A stretch of DNA of 64,000 nt. Source: Bispira polyomma. Lineage: Eukaryota. Both the position numbers and the translations under genes were made by a program. The notes beneath the pieces are model-generated. The model saw only the letters and a list, made by a program, of their open reading frames with translations, ran no database searches and was not told where the DNA came from. The stretch lies in contig OZ287754.1 of assembly GCA_965649765.1 (NCBI GenBank), positions 24,986,001 to 25,050,000 of the forward strand, written 5' to 3'. Positions 1 to 14,519 of the stretch are shown in pieces; the stretch's first letter is position 1; every line of letters starts with the position of its first letter.

Positions 1-229
1 GTATGGTATTACTTACCTATTGTTTGTGCATGTCTGCTTCGGTGGGCTTATTATCGACTATATTTTAAAATTTTAAATATATCTCATAAACCTGTACATA
101 GATACTAACATGTACAGAAAATAAATCTCCAAACCTTAAAATTCTTGTTATTATTTTATGACTTTACTTACCATCATACACTAAGGGAACTGCTGCCTCA
201 GCTCCAACCACAACCATATTTGTTTAGCA

Positions 230-1270
230 CCTGTGCTTTACTTTCTGACAATCTCCCACAGCTGGCTAGGCCAATCATTAATTAGCCTCTTAATTAGATA
301 ATTTATTCCCATAATCAAGTACCATATTGAATCTCACAGACCAAGGTGAAACACTGGAAAATTCCCACCCCACACCTTATATTTATCCTGTTAGTAGTTT
401 CTTCGATCACACATATTACATTTTTATATAGGGATTTGAGGCAATTGGGCCAAAGATATGGTGACAATATTAAGCCATTAATATTAATGATACCTTCTCT
501 GGACCAAACTATGGTCTGCGCTTGCTGGGTAACCAGAGCTCAGGCACCATGTAGAGCATCCTGTCTCCTATATGTCCTCTGAGTGCACGTTCATGGCACC
601 AGAGTTGAAAAAGAGCTCTGGGAGGCAGGACCCCCTGCTATGCAATTAGGTGCCGAGTTCCTGCTCCAGTCCGACACACTAAGACAGGGTTACACAGAGG
701 TTACACTTCTTACTGTTCTTATGTCGTCAATACCAAATTCCTGTATAATGCTATTAGGGATTACATTTATTACCTTTCTGCTTATATCTTTAACTGGTGG
801 GCTTTAATACATCCTTCTATGGCGTTGAATTGATAAACTTCGAGGGCCAGTCTCATGATATTGTGTTACTACGCTAGCTTATATTTTTAGTGTTTTAATA
901 TATGTTAACATAATAATGGTTACGTTTATTATACGTCCAACTATAGTGTTGTTTGCAAAATAGTGCAAATAGTGGTTCATTACATAACACTTTTACACTT
1001 CTTTAATTGAATACATTTTATGATGCATTTCCCCCCTGCCATAGCTATTTTAAACATAGCCATTTTACTTCACCCTTCTGAGGCTAACATAAACCCTCTG
1101 TCTAACATTAAGTTGACCTTAGTTTTGCCTTAGAATCCTGCAGTATGACGATTAAGCACATTGGTTTTCTAATTAAATAAACAAATCTTAATGCATGGTT
1201 AATGCATTTATTCTAGCCTGCTATAGTTACCAAGCATGGGACGGTATATACATTATACTCAATGCTTTCT
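230..1270 (+). mobile_element. very degenerate DIRS-like RT/RNase H remnant (tentative)
   Basis: Scattered frame-broken motifs resembling those of the better preserved element at 9.6-11.4 kb: YGLR (~510), PNSCIMLLGITF (cf. PSTEVTYLGIDI) and LNWW (~790). Confidence 0.3.
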
Positions 1271-1310
1271 ATAGCAGAATCCAATTCAACTTGTCTACAT
1301 GGTGGGACTT

Positions 1311-1453
1311 GTAATCTTCTTCTAAAGGAGAAGCATTTACTAATTCAATATGTTATTGTTGGGTTTAGTAAGATGGTGTATGTAATCCTTCTTCTAAAGA
1401 AACATTTACTAATTTAATATTTTATTGTTGGGTTTAGTAAGTTGGTGTATGTA
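1311..1453. repeat. ~70-bp direct tandem duplication
   Basis: taatc..ttctaaag..catttactaatt..tattgttgggtttagtaag.tggtgtatgta occurs twice in succession. Confidence 0.7.
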
Positions 1454-1650
1454 TCAATACTAATATTATAGTGTGACCTCTTATTATATACGTTTGTTTG
1501 TATGATAGATAGGTTTATCAAATAGAAGAGACATTTTTATATGAAACAATAGGAAAAAAATTATTTAGGAGAGTTGAAATATGTTCATACAATTGAAATA
1601 TGTGTTTATAATAACAGAAGATTGGATAATAAAGGTTTTACTGTATTATG

Positions 1651-1785
1651 ATTAGACTGGAACCTCCATTATCTAAACATACTTACCATCAATAGAAAAA
1701 CATTTCTATATAAAACAGGAAAACATGAACTTATAAAATTGAATATTTGATAATATAAGTTCAGATAGTAGAGGTTCCACTGTCT
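1651..1785. mobile_element. short MITE-like element with inverted termini (Tc1/mariner-pogo type)
   Basis: tggaacctccattatctaaac (~1658) is the imperfect reverse complement of gttcagatagtagaggttccactgt (~1760-1784). CAGTGGAACCTC-type terminus. Confidence 0.45.
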
Positions 1786-2239
1786 TACTTTATTAATGTA
1801 TTCATATGTCACTCTCAATACAAGTTATATTACATTGCATAGTCTATATACAGCTAATGCTCCAATCTTTGGGCTAGCGCCAGTTTTGACGTCAGTGGAA
1901 TATCTTCAAAACAAGGCAGTTATATGCAATAAAATCGCTAAAACTAAATTTATATTTATTAAACTTTTGTCATAGTTTAACTGACATTGCATAGAAGAGT
2001 CCCATTGTCTGCTTGTTGTCATATTTTTACAACAATGTTTCACTGTAACATTCTTAATAACATTAGATTCAGGTAAGACAATAGCTGTGATTTTTCCCAC
2101 CATAATCATTATCAAATTTCAGTCTGCGTTAATGCTAATGTCTCTTGCTCTTTCAGTTGACCTTTTTAATATTCTCACGGGAAAGGGCAGTATTGGGTCT
2201 AATTGCTAAAAGTTTCTGTTATTGTTGTTCTGAGTAAAA

Positions 2240-3185
2240 AAATGCTTACCACCCCCTTGTATAACAGTCAAAAACAAAACATGATGGGATATTACACATT
2301 TTGTTTATTTTATTGAATAGAAGTACTTCTCCCTCATTATCTACTATGTCAGCTATAAAGAGTATTCTAGCCTGATGCCATTTGAGCATGCAAAGATCAT
2401 TTTTACTTATATTGTTCTGATACCATAAAAGAGATAAACAAAATTCTTCAGTTGTTTTAGGTTTAACATTATTGACATCCATTATCCAAGCATTAAGAAC
2501 AGATTTCCAAAAATCATTACTAGTCCTAGATATCAATTTTGATACCATAGAGAGCCTTTGCTTGTCAAGTGTTTAGTGTTGGTAATGACTCTTTGAAATA
2601 GTTGTGTCCGGGGTGGTTGGTAAGCTTGGAGTAATCTTCTTATCCATGTAGTTTTGATGGCATGAATAAACTTTTCAAGACTGAGCATATTTAGCCCACC
2701 CTTAGCATATATCTTTTATTTTATCAGGCTTGTTCTCCCAAATATATGAGTTAAACGATTTTTTGGGTTTTGGTGATGTAGCTTAGCAGAAGTGTGGGAA
2801 GACTTCTAAATAGATGATTAAGTTTTGTTGGTATAACCAGTGTTTTTAAGACAGTGGTTTTACCAATAGGAGTGATATGCCTGTTTGACCAGGAGCTCAA
2901 AAGCTTGTTAATTTCAACTAATACATGATCAAAAATTATCTCTACTATTTTATTGAGATTGATAATAAATTTCAATCCCAAGAATAAATTTGGTGTCTTT
3001 CCAGTCTAACTTTCATTTATTTTTAATTTTTCATTTAAATTATTTTCCTACCTGTCCACATTAAATTTTATTTTTCTCGAGTTTATAATAAGACCAGATA
3101 TTGTATTATATGTTTCCAAAATGTTTAGTGCAGTTTCAAGGGATGCTAAAGAACCGTCCAGAAATAAATTGCATATTGACTGATT
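2240..3185 (-). mobile_element. Tx1/L1-clade non-LTR retrotransposon fragment (RT C-terminal half), pseudogenised
   Basis: Minus-strand peptides SQYA..LFLDGS, TISGLIIN, LLSSWSNRHITPIGKTTVLKTLVIP.KLNHLF, GGLNML, FWKSVLNAW and LWYQNNI, with stops and frameshifts. Confidence 0.8.
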
Positions 3186-6100
3186 TTAATCTCGAATCAT
3201 TATTGAAATTGAGGTGCCATATTATAGTTCAGTGAATTGCCTGTCCATACCATTTATTATCATGCTTCCCATCATTGATGATGTCACGCGTCACATCAAC
3301 CGTTTAGGCAGAGGATACAAACTATGTCAAATCAAATTTCATGCGTGTTTAGGCATATCAAAGTGGATTCAGGGGAATATGATTTATTAGGATTAAAATT
3401 AGACAATTTCGAAACGGAAGCACACTATTTCAATGCAGCAATACAGCAGAGCCCTTCATGACGAAATGTCAGGGTCATGACGTTATCAACTGCATTGACA
3501 ATGTTGTTGGATATGAACCACACTGAAAAGTACCCCAAGACTTTGGTTTTAAAATAAGTGAGAAAAACTAGTAAAGCAAGCCACAAAAGTTTTATGTATG
3601 GAGGGAACACTCATGGATACAGAAAATTGCTCTATCTTAATTCTAAAAGATATTAATAATTTGAAAACGAGAACTTCAGTTTCTTTTGGGCAAACTGTTA
3701 TATATATCCAAGTGTGTCAGAGTATCTACAGTGATTCTAAGTCAAAGTTAGATGTATTAAGAGGTATAGGGTATACCTAAGAATGTCACTATTCCCACCC
3801 CCTCTTCCAGGATCTTAATTGGTTTGCAAGGTTTCAACCTGAGTTCAATGAGACAGCCTTTTAGTGAAGATACTATTGAACTAGATGTATCCCTTCAGGA
3901 TCTGGAGGAACATTGTAATTACCAAGTATATACCAAAATATAGCTCTAGGTCACTTGGAGATGCTTAACATTTTGGTAGCCATTACAGTGTGAAAAACAC
4001 AGTGGCATAGTAAGGGACTACTATGCCACTATTTCACTATGACACTAAATGCAGTATTGTCAAGCTTCAATTCATATAAATATCTAGCACTAGCTGCAAT
4101 ACCCAGAAATATATTTATGGACATTTCTACTGCAGATATAGATCTCAGAACTATTTTTGTAGGATTGCTGATTTCCTGTCCAGATGGCAGGGCACCCCAA
4201 ACCATGAACAACTACACACAGCAATACATTACCCAGTATCAGTCTCAGACTTTCTGACAATAGACTGGTCTATTTAAATTACAGGTCGGCCCCTTTGAGT
4301 GGGTTCCCTAACGGTTCAGGCCTCATAAAGAACACACCTGGCTTTCAGACCTGTGACTTAAAGACTACTATTTTGCACAAATGCCCCCATTGGTAATATT
4401 TTCAGTCCTGATAATGTTAGTTTTGAATAATATCTCATACATCTTTATTGCAAACTACCTAATTGCAATAAAAGCCAAAATGACTTCATATGACCTTGAC
4501 ATGTCCTTCTTTCAGGATGCTCAAATGTTTGCAATAATATTAATACAGTTTCTCCACCACTGCATTGTGACCAGAAAACATTACTATCACCTGTATCAGT
4601 CTTCAGTGGTGTTTTACAAAATTGTGTGTTAAACCTATATAGTGAGTCAGAGCAAATGGCAGTGGAAAATATCAAATATTTACTTTATATCAGTGACATG
4701 AAAACATCACAGTTCAGTCGAGAGGAGTTGGACAATTTATTAGAATTTTTCCGGTTGTATTCCTTTTTTTTTGTTTTGTTCTGTTAACATTCCGTAAAAT
4801 ATGTATTTGGATACTTAGAGTTTGAATAAATAAATAAAATAAGATTCTCATCAAACAGCATTACAGAAATATGGTTAAAAGCAAAAACATAAGTTTAAGT
4901 TTGGGCTAAGATTTATTGTAAAGCTCAGCCTAAAGTTAAACCTTGATCCTACTCAGTCACTCAACCTTTGTCGACCGTATTAATACCTTATGCTATGTTT
5001 GCAACACAATATATTAAATATTAAGGTAACAGAAAAGTGATATCATATTAGTGATATTAAGTATTTGTATGTACACTTAACTTGTGTAAGTTAAGATGTG
5101 TTAAAGAAGAAGATCAAAAACAATGTATAACAAACATAGCACTGTATGAGATTCCTAAAAAGACCTTGAGTGCAATATTCTGAATGAAATTAGCTTGTTG
5201 TCTAACAGTTGGTCTTTGAGATTTGTGTGTGGAAATAAATAACTGTAGTATAATCTAGTCATCATGAACCAGACAATTGTTTTGTTGTGGATTGTTTTTT
5301 CTACGAGACAATGTACTCAAGATCAGGGAGGTGGCTGTAGAGTATAATAAAAACAATGTCTTTTGGTCTTATGCTTGAATACAAGTTCATTTAAACTTAA
5401 GAAAAGTCGGGGATAAAACTAACATTAATTGGTGCCAATTAAAAACATAAATGTTGAACAATATTGTTTGTGAGTGTAATATTATAATAAAATTTGCTTA
5501 TAATAATATTAGCTGGCAAAGAAATTTAGTAAACAAGATCACTTCACCATGTATCAATGGCACAGATCAGAGAGTCGGTAAACATATTTATGTACTCTGA
5601 TTATTCATATAGAGTAAAGAATCTAAACTGGATATTGGAGTTCAATGAAAAGAATGGGATCTGGCTTTGTACTTGAATTCAACTCTAATTCTAAACCCCA
5701 CAAAGGGGAGATTGAATGATCAATTCAGGGAGGTGGCTCAAAAAGAATTTTAGTAAACAAGATCCTGTCAGCATGGTTTAATAGTACAGGTCAGAATGTC
5801 AGAGAGTCAGTATACTCCGATTATTAACAAATATTAAATTAAGAAAGGGAATTTATTTTTCCCCAAAAGAATGTCCACTATTCCTAAAGAGTGTTAAAAC
5901 ATCGAATACAGTTACTCGGTTACTTTGGGACATGGATAACTGGTACTTCATTTTAAAAGAGATATCACAAACATGGACTATAACATATATATACGTCTGA
6001 GCATAAACTGACACTGTACTTAAGCCTTGAACATTTTGTCCCAGCAAAGTTTTGTCATTATCATGGATTCACAACACATACTCAACAAAACTTAAGTCAT

Positions 6101-7599
6101 AACAGTTCCATTTTAAATTAATGTAAAAAAATACAACTGTGCTTAAAAATACATAGGTTTCTTTATTATTACACGATCTATATTATTAAAAAATAAAAAT
6201 AATTAGAAAATACTGGTGGAATACAATAAAATCAAGTGACATATAAAATGTTTATTATGCACATAGTTTAAATATTATATATTCTAAGAGTCCCACACAA
6301 CATAAAGCCAAAGTTATTGCTCCGATAGACCATTTAGCATGTTAGAAATATGAGTTATAATTTATTAAAAAAAATTAGTCTTAATTCATCATGGCAGAGA
6401 TGTTATAGTTAGAACAAAACAAAGGTTTAAGTTTTATGAGGCTCAGCCTAAGCTTAGACTCAATTTCACCATTAATCTAAGGACATTTTGTAAATCCTGC
6501 CTTGACTGTACAATGCAATTTGATATCTTATATCTTAGAGTTAGACTACTATTAATTTTGTTAAATGTTATCTTATAACCTTTTGCGCTATACTGAAGTC
6601 CCTACAAATCATATATCAAATTAAACATCAATCATAGCCTGACATTTCAGTATAAACTACTGTTTTTTAGATATCTTGAAAAAATAAGGAACTAGGTGAT
6701 TTTCTGTTCAATCCAAGATGACCAAGAATTACACAAAAATATTAATAAAAAAGTTTGTTATTATATTATTGATATTAAGTATTGGTATACACTTAACTTG
6801 TATGGTTTAGAAATGCAGTTCTTTTAGTATATTATGAAACAGTTGTTGCATGTAATAACATATATAAATGGAAATTTTCATTATGGCATATACCATAAGA
6901 TTAAAGTGTAATAATCAGTTCTCTTTAAAATCAGGGACCATATTTACAAAACCTTTTGTGAGCCATGGTCTTCAAATGTGAATATATGGGCATAACTAGG
7001 TTAATAAAATACAAATTTCCACTATGTGGTATCAAATGAAAAGGGTCTGTACCTTATTTGCTGACCCATTGTAAAGTTGTAAACCTCTTAAAGTAAGCAA
7101 TCTGATAGCATATAGAAAAATCAATGAATAAGTTATCTGACCAAGTATCCCAAGTCTTACTGGTTATGTAGGCATAAGGTTAATAATTATTCAGGTGCCC
7201 AATGCCCTAGCCCTGAGAACGATACTAATTACCCAAAAGACATTAAAAACACAAATTGGCTACATATATTTATTCTAAAATTTATTCTATTTTTTAACGA
7301 TGTATAACATTGCTCATATCATATTATAATGTAGACATGACTAGAATGGAGCAACAAGTAGTATGATTTTATTAGCATAATGTTTAATTCAGGAAATGAA
7401 TAAAAGATAAATAGTGTTTTTATTACGTGATATTATGAAACTATAAATTTGAGGTCATTAAGCCAACACTGACTATGAACGGTACTTTTCTCATCCCACA
7501 TGTTCACAAACAATTTTTTTCAATAATAACCATAGAATTAGGAAAGCAGAGGGAAATATTACTTTTCATAACCACCCATAAAGTAAGAATTTGAACAAA

Positions 7600-10500
7600 A
7601 ATGATACCAAGAAGACACCATCGAGTGTTCCACAAAAGAATAAGACTGCCATCATCAAGAATCAACGAGAGGTGCAGGATCTGGCTATTCGGATGCGGTA
7701 GTACAAAACCTACAAGTACCCCTATCCGAGCCTAAGGCTAGTACCAATAGCAACCTGGACAGTACAATACTTGTCATTCTCCAGCATCTTGAAAAGGCTA
7801 ACATAGAAATAAATAGGTGGCTAAACCGGGTAGAGGCCAGAGGGACCCATAACTCAACACCGCTTGCTTGACTGAGTATTCCTCAAAACGATTCACTAGC
7901 AGATCTGTGTCGCCAGAATGTCCACATCTAGACAGCACATGTTCCCATTAACCTGACGATTCAACCTGTCATGAATCAACTGACAGCAACGGTAGCTGGT
8001 CAAGACTATCAACAGGATGGCATTTTTCCATGGGTGGGTGTCCTACGCAACATTTCCAAAGTCACCGAGGCCGTCAACTCATGACTAGCAGCATTTGACA
8101 CTCGCTATACACAGGACCTTGCTCAAGGTAAGACAACCACGAGGCAAAAGTCAGGTAGATACAATTCTACAGATGTGTGTTTAGCAGAACCCCAGTTTAG
8201 ATGGCCTAATGAGGGTTAGATCGGGGGTACAGCCTGTAAGAAAACCTAATTTGACGAGCCATCTTTATTACAGTGGGCAGCTGGCCATTAATATAATCCG
8301 TGTTAAACCAGATGGTCTACGCTTTCAGAGACTTGCACGCTTTGTCCGGGCCACAGGTTCAAGCTGCATGGGCCCATAATATGCAGGAGATAGAGAAAGG
8401 AAGACTCGACTGGTCCAATGCTACACAGTGGTTCCTGAATCACCTTAGCTTATCACAACTGGCCCTGGTATAAGGCCATTTCACGCACACCTTTGCAAAT
8501 CAACAGAAGGCCGAGGTTATTTGTAAATATTTCAACAGTGGGTCGTGTAGTCACGACAGTGATCATAGTCAATACAAGCATCATTGCTTATATTGTTTTA
8601 AGGTATTAAACAAGGAAAACAGTCACCCTGAGTTTAAATTCTGAAAGCCAACACTTCAAACACCAAGTCTGGCATCTAGTATGGTGGTCGGCGACCTTGT
8701 ACAGCTTTTGACAATGATAAATTTAGTAGAGTTAACAGAGACGTAAATGTAAAAGTATGTAAATTTATTGAAAATAGAAGTAGCATATTTATTGCAGTTA
8801 ACTTAGACAATAGTACAGAGACAAACAATAGTCAAGGAAGTATTGAATCAAATGTGATTGCTAATGTTGACTCACCTGTTATGGGAGTTGACATGGAGCA
8901 TGCTGGCATAATTGCAGAGCAGGATAAGCACAAAAGTCATAACGTATACAAAAATGGGGGTCATTATGATTCTTACTAATCAGACTTGTATTACAAAAAT
9001 GTCAAAAATGCACCCATGTATTTTTGTACATGGAACTTGGCCTGCAAAATGTTTCAATATGTTAACTGCTGGGGTAACCAAGCAGTAGTTTAATAATATG
9101 TGGCAGATTACATGGAAATTTCAGGTTTTTACTGTGAGAGTTACAACTCTTTTTCCAAGAACTCCACCTATACTCCACTTGGGGAAATCCCCACTTTTCC
9201 CTACGGGGTTTCTTATACACTTGATACTAAAGTCAATATTGACTACAACTCGGTAAGAATTGAATGTTTTAACAAAAGTAAAACTATGTATGCAAAATTG
9301 ACCCAAGATAACCACAGCGGGGACCTGGAATACCATAACTTATTTGGTCTTGATTATACAACATACATGCAGCATGTTATTGACTGCATTATTGAATGAT
9401 ATTATTTCAGTATTAAGAAATTAAAAATACCTGTGAAGGCAAGCAAATTTGGAAGTGTAAGTGTCTTCGAACGTGTATCTGTCAACATAAATGACGTCGG
9501 GGTCGAATCAGAAGGCTTGACTTCGGTCTCTGAATCTTCTCAAAAATTGCTTTCATTAAGGAAATTTGTGGTCCTAACAAAACAGTAGGTTTTATAAAGA
9601 TTTCAAATGAGGAATTTAAACTCACTGGACATAACAGGGATTCGGTTACAGTTGACTCAATTAAAATCATGTGCAGTATTGCCGACATTATAAGGTCAAC
9701 AGGGGTGTCTAATTATAGGCAGTCTAGAATTCTTAATACTTGTGGTTTAAACATGGAAGCGTGGAAAAACATTACACGTGGACGCCATGACCAACTTTTA
9801 TGTCAATATTTCAAGTTTGGTTTCCCTTTCCTCTTCACAACCCCCAGTTACTTAAACAAACTACTGTAACTAACCACTACTCTGCATTACAATTTACAGA
9901 GGCTGTAAATAAGTACTTACACAAGGAACAGGTTTAAGGTGCTATGTTGGGCCCAATTTCCAACACTCCAAATGCACACTACCATTGTTCACCCCTCCTT
10001 AAGTCAGCGACAGATGTGTAATCTTGAACTTGTCATATCCACAGGGGGCTCTGTTAATGACAATGTCTCAGAAACTTTTGATGAAATAAAATTTATATTA
10101 ATATTTCCCAACATAGATGACGTCACTTACACTATAAACAACATTGAGGACCCCTTACTATTCAAGGTCGATGTAGCCAGGGCCTTTAGAAATTTGCACC
10201 TTGACTAAGTGGATACAGTCAAATGTGGCATAAAATGGGATAACAAATATTACCTGAATTCTGCGGTGGTGTTTGGCTGGGCCCACGGCAGTGCGGCCTT
10301 CCTTCTGACATAATAGCTGACCACATGAAGAAATTAGGTTACACTTTACACTGTTGCATAGATGATTATCTATGCCCATGCCCAAGGGCCAAAGCCAAGG
10401 AAGGTCTCCCTATGAACCCAGGTAAACTTTCTCCCCCTTCTACTGAGGTAACTTACTTAGGCATAGATATAAACATTACAACCAACATAATAAGCATCAC

Positions 10501-12300
10501 TAAAGAAAAAATACAACAGATACACACAGAATGCATTGAAGCTCGTAGTAAGGCTTCACTTTCACATACACGACTCCAATCAGTATTATGCAAGCTTCTC
10601 TACATACATAAATGTGTAAAACCAGCCAGGTGCTTTATAAACAGACTCCTAGCAGTATTGAGGGCTTCTCCCAACGCCAAGCATTTTAAGGTTACTTATA
10701 ACATAAAGAAAGACCTTGACTAGTTCATTCAATTCTTACCCAATTACGACGGTGTTACATATTATAATCCGTCAATGAGTTCCACCTAGACACCTGTCTC
10801 ACGGGGATAAGGGCTATATGGGGACATAAATGTGTAAAACCAGCCAGGTGCTTTGTGAACAGACTCCTAGCAGTATTTAGGGCTTCTCCCAAGGCCAGGC
10901 ATTTTAAGGTTACTAATAACATAAAGACCTTGACTGGTTCAATCAATTCTTACCCAATTATGATGGTGTTACATGTTATAATCCACAAGACATAGAAGCC
11001 GTCAATGAGTTCCACCTAGACACCTGTTTCACGGGGATAAGGGCTATATGGGGACAAGAAGTTTATTTTCCTCCAGTACTGGACATTTATAGTCAAAAAC
11101 TAGCCATTACTCAGTTAGAAATGCTTAATGTAGTTATTGCTTTGAGAGTATGGGGTAAAGACTGAGAACACCATCGTGTCATCATTAACTGTGACAACAT
11201 GGCAATTGTACAGGTTGTCAAGACCGGTAAGACCAAAGACTCTTTCCTTGCTGCCTGTGTTAGAAGTGTTTGGCTGCTTACTGCCACACATGATATAACT
11301 ACAAATCCAACACATAAGGGGTAAGCCTAATATATATGGTATATTATCGCGTATATATTCTAAATATCCACCTAGCAAAGAAATACTACACTCCCTTAGT
11401 AGATGTACACATAGAAACTTCCCTATTCAGTACTACAATTTAGATTGTCATATAGAATTACATGTTACATAGCAGCATCTTCTTCTATGGGGAATGCTGC
11501 CATCCAAAGGCTACAGTCAGCACTCAGGCCATCAACTACCTCAGCATACACATCAATGACCTGGCGTTTTTGTACTATGTACAAAGACAAGAAATTTCAA
11601 TTCACTCTATCTTGGCGTTTATAGAATATTTAGTACAGAATAATCAGAATAAGAGTGGTAAAAAACTATTTAGCAGCACTTAAGTTCATGACCCAAAAAT
11701 ACAACATCCTTCCTGACATATGACACCATAATGCCCATTCTCTGGTCATTAGGAGTCTTACACATAACTCCCAATTTAGGTCAACACCCAAGGGTGTATT
11801 CACAATTTCACATATGTCTCTCATCTCACAAGCCTGTGAAATCCTACAAGACCCCATTTTATACAGATCAATTTTTTCTAGTTGCATTTTATGATTTTTT
11901 CAGGATGTCCAATATTGCACCCCACTCTAGGGCTAAGTTCGATGCAACACACCACTTGCTACGAGAAGATGTGATCATCAAGTGGGCCAAAAATATGCAG
12001 GATAGGTCAACATCACACGTAATTCAACTTCTCGTAATTTCTGTTTTACACATGTTTCCAGTGCTGGTTCTTACAACCCTCATTAACTCTAGACACACTT
12101 CTCCTTCTGCTTCCTTATTTACTTGTTCCACTTTGCCACACCATCCTATAATCGATTTACGCATCCGATCTGTACTTAGACAAATCCTACAACACCTGGG
12201 AATTGACCCATCTTTCCATGGTTTTCATCCTTGTCGCAGATCGGGTGCTACAGCAGCTTTTCACAATAATGTGTCACTCCAAAACATTATGATATCACCC
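7600..12300 (+). mobile_element. degenerate DIRS-order (Ngaro-like) tyrosine-recombinase retrotransposon: gag - RT - RNase H - YR
   Basis: Gag-like Cys/His motif VICKYFNSGSCSHDSDHSQYKHHCLYCF..HP (8516-8644). RT motifs LFKVDVARAFRNL, FGWAHGSAAF, CIDDYL, PSTEVTYLGIDIN. RNase H motifs FHLDTCLTGI, TQLEMLNVVIALRVWG, NCDNMAIVQV. YR motifs FYDFFRMSNI and HGFHPCRRSGAT. All on the same strand, many stops, 3' truncated near 12300. Confidence 0.88.
10606..11056 (+). repeat. ~220-bp internal tandem duplication at the RT/RNase H boundary of the DIRS element
   Basis: acataaatgtgtaaaaccagccaggtgcttt...acggggataagggctatatggggaca occurs at 10606-10823 and again at 10824-~11056. Confidence 0.9.
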
Positions 12301-12306
12301 TATTAG
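11450..12306 (+). pseudogene. tyrosine recombinase of the DIRS/Ngaro-like element (broken, truncated)
   Basis: ORF 11731-12306 carries the catalytic-type R (FRMSN) and HxxR (HPCRRSGAT) motifs but ends before the catalytic Tyr region. Confidence 0.8.
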
Positions 12307-12829
12307 TACATAATCATCTAAAGTACTCATTTTCTGCAAGGGATGATCCTAACAACATAGCCTGGGACATCATCAGTAGGCAATTGGTGTGTTTACATTG
12401 GGTCCATAGATAATATCCTAGCGGTATTAGCTGGAGTACAACTGGAGATGTTCCGATCATCAGACAAATTTCCTTGAACCTAAAGTCAAACTGTGGACTT
12501 TCTGATCACCAGATCAGTCCCTTAACGACTAAGACATGAGAGACCATGTTATATCTCAGGGTCATATGTAGGGCTGCTACGAGTAACCGAGTAATATTCA
12601 GCGGCGAGAGTATTGACAAAAGGTCTTCGTCTAAACTTGGTCACAAGTTTAAGATTTTGGACTTTGATTTTTGCCACAAAGGTTAAGATTTTGGTCTTCA
12701 TCCCAGAAACAGTCACAAAATATCTTTGCTTAGTGATAACTTTGCATTTAACACTAAGACTAACAGTAGGCAGTTCTTTAATATTTTAGACCTAAATGTT
12801 TAGCCTGAAGACTAAGTTAAGACTTATAC

Positions 12830-14500
12830 TTCTGTTCCACTATGTCGATCATACTCCCCGACTATCCTGATTATAAGATGGGGGTATTTATTGGAAAGGT
12901 CAGGGGCTTCCAACAACTTATCCTTTCCAATCAAGGATTTTGTTGTACCCAGATTTATCTGGGTGTATTTCCCCGGACAATTGGGGTGGCTTCACGGTCG
13001 ACCTTTGTGACACCCAGATTGATCTCCCTGATTGTATGGATCAACCAGGGGGTTTTCCCGAATTTTAGGATCAGCTGGGGGCTCTATTTGTGAAGGTACA
13101 AATAGAGGGCAGCTGCCCACTTTTATCTCATTCGATCTTCACACTTCCATGAGTCTACACCAGTCCTGGCATTTCTTTACAGATATTACACAGATTTATA
13201 GATATAGATAGATAGATTTCTAGGACTTTATTTTTTTTGTTGACTTGAGAAAGATATTATTGAATATTTGGGATCCTTGATACAAGTTTTCTTTTAAACT
13301 TTGAGAATGCCAGCCAAGGGGAGCAAAGGCAACGGCAAGAAGAGAAAGATGGCCTCAGCTGCTGTGGAGGCAGACTCCATTTTTCATGTGGGAGTTCCAC
13401 TTCCGGAGGAGGGGGGACAAGAGGAGGTTCGACAGGCACAAGAGGTACAAGAGGAAACTTATCCTGGTATTCTTCCAAAATGGCCTTACAGACTTCAACC
13501 ACCATCTTGTTCAAACTGGATCTGCCAAACCTGAAGTCAAAGGCCAAGCTGTTCATTGATTTCCCCATTAACAATAACCGCTACACAATGGCCAGCTTCA
13601 GTCCAGCAGGCAGGGGGTACGATACCATGTCGTCCCTCTCTGCAGCCTGCCCTTCAGGCTGGCAGCTATCTCCTGGAAGAATCCGAGATCCATCCTCAAG
13701 TAATTCCTGAATCTTTGGAGGTCATTCTCGACCAGGTCGGGCATTAATGCCGTGTAATGGACATGGGCCTCTCTCTCACAAATCCATGGAGGTCATTCTC
13801 GGCCAGGTCGGGCATTAATGCAGTGTAATTGACATGGGCCTCTCTCTCACGGACCCAACTCCTCTCTCACACCTCTGGTCTACTCCTCCATCTCCTGATG
13901 GCTCTCCGGGACAGGCCCCAGGCTGACGGGCAGCCCTGGCTCTCTCCCTCCTACCTCTCCGCTGCAGCATCACTCTGAAAATCTGCATCATCATGCCAAC
14001 AAAGATTATGAATGCCTCAGCAATCATAATCTCTCTATTTGGTGGCATATCTACTCTTTACAATCGTAGAGGTCCGCAGGTGATCTTCACGATCGGGGAG
14101 GGAGGACGCCCTGTGGCCTCGGATATCACAGTTTAATTGTTGGGTCCTTAAAGATCACCTAAGGTGATCGCCGGATTATTGGGGAAATTTTTGTTAATTT
14201 TTGGGATCCAGGATCATACTCGGCCAATCACTGATGGTGGTCCAACGGATGCAGCAGGGTGCCACCAGGATCATTAAAATTGGGGCCACTCCAGATAATT
14301 CTTGACAGTAAAACAGGGACATTAAGTTGTTAGGGAAGGCCCGATCGAAAAGAAGGTCGGGCCATACAAAGGTTAACTTGTTGGCACCTGCAAATGGAAA
14401 AGATAACTCGAGGGAACAAAAGATAGGCTGAGGGAGTGAAGCAATAGCTTGGGATGTCAAAAGATAATTTAAAATCGCAAAATTGTAGTGGTCGGCTTGC
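12830..14500 (-). mobile_element. PIF/Harbinger internal-deletion derivative, copy 1
   Basis: Minus-strand transposase N-terminal fragment (GLKLAIV..LLLMGKSMNSLAFDFRFGRSSLNKMVVEVCKAILEEY) fused at ~13457 to a plus-strand Lys/Glu-rich start (MPAKGSKGNGKKRK...EEVRQAQEVQEE). Internal duplication at ~13715-13850. Ends approximate. Confidence 0.7.
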
Positions 14501-14519
14501 ATTTCAGGAGGGGGCAGTG

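Noticed and set aside
3400-7400. Short ORFs and small local duplications in AT-rich sequence
   Set aside because: No recognisable domains or splice-consistent structure.
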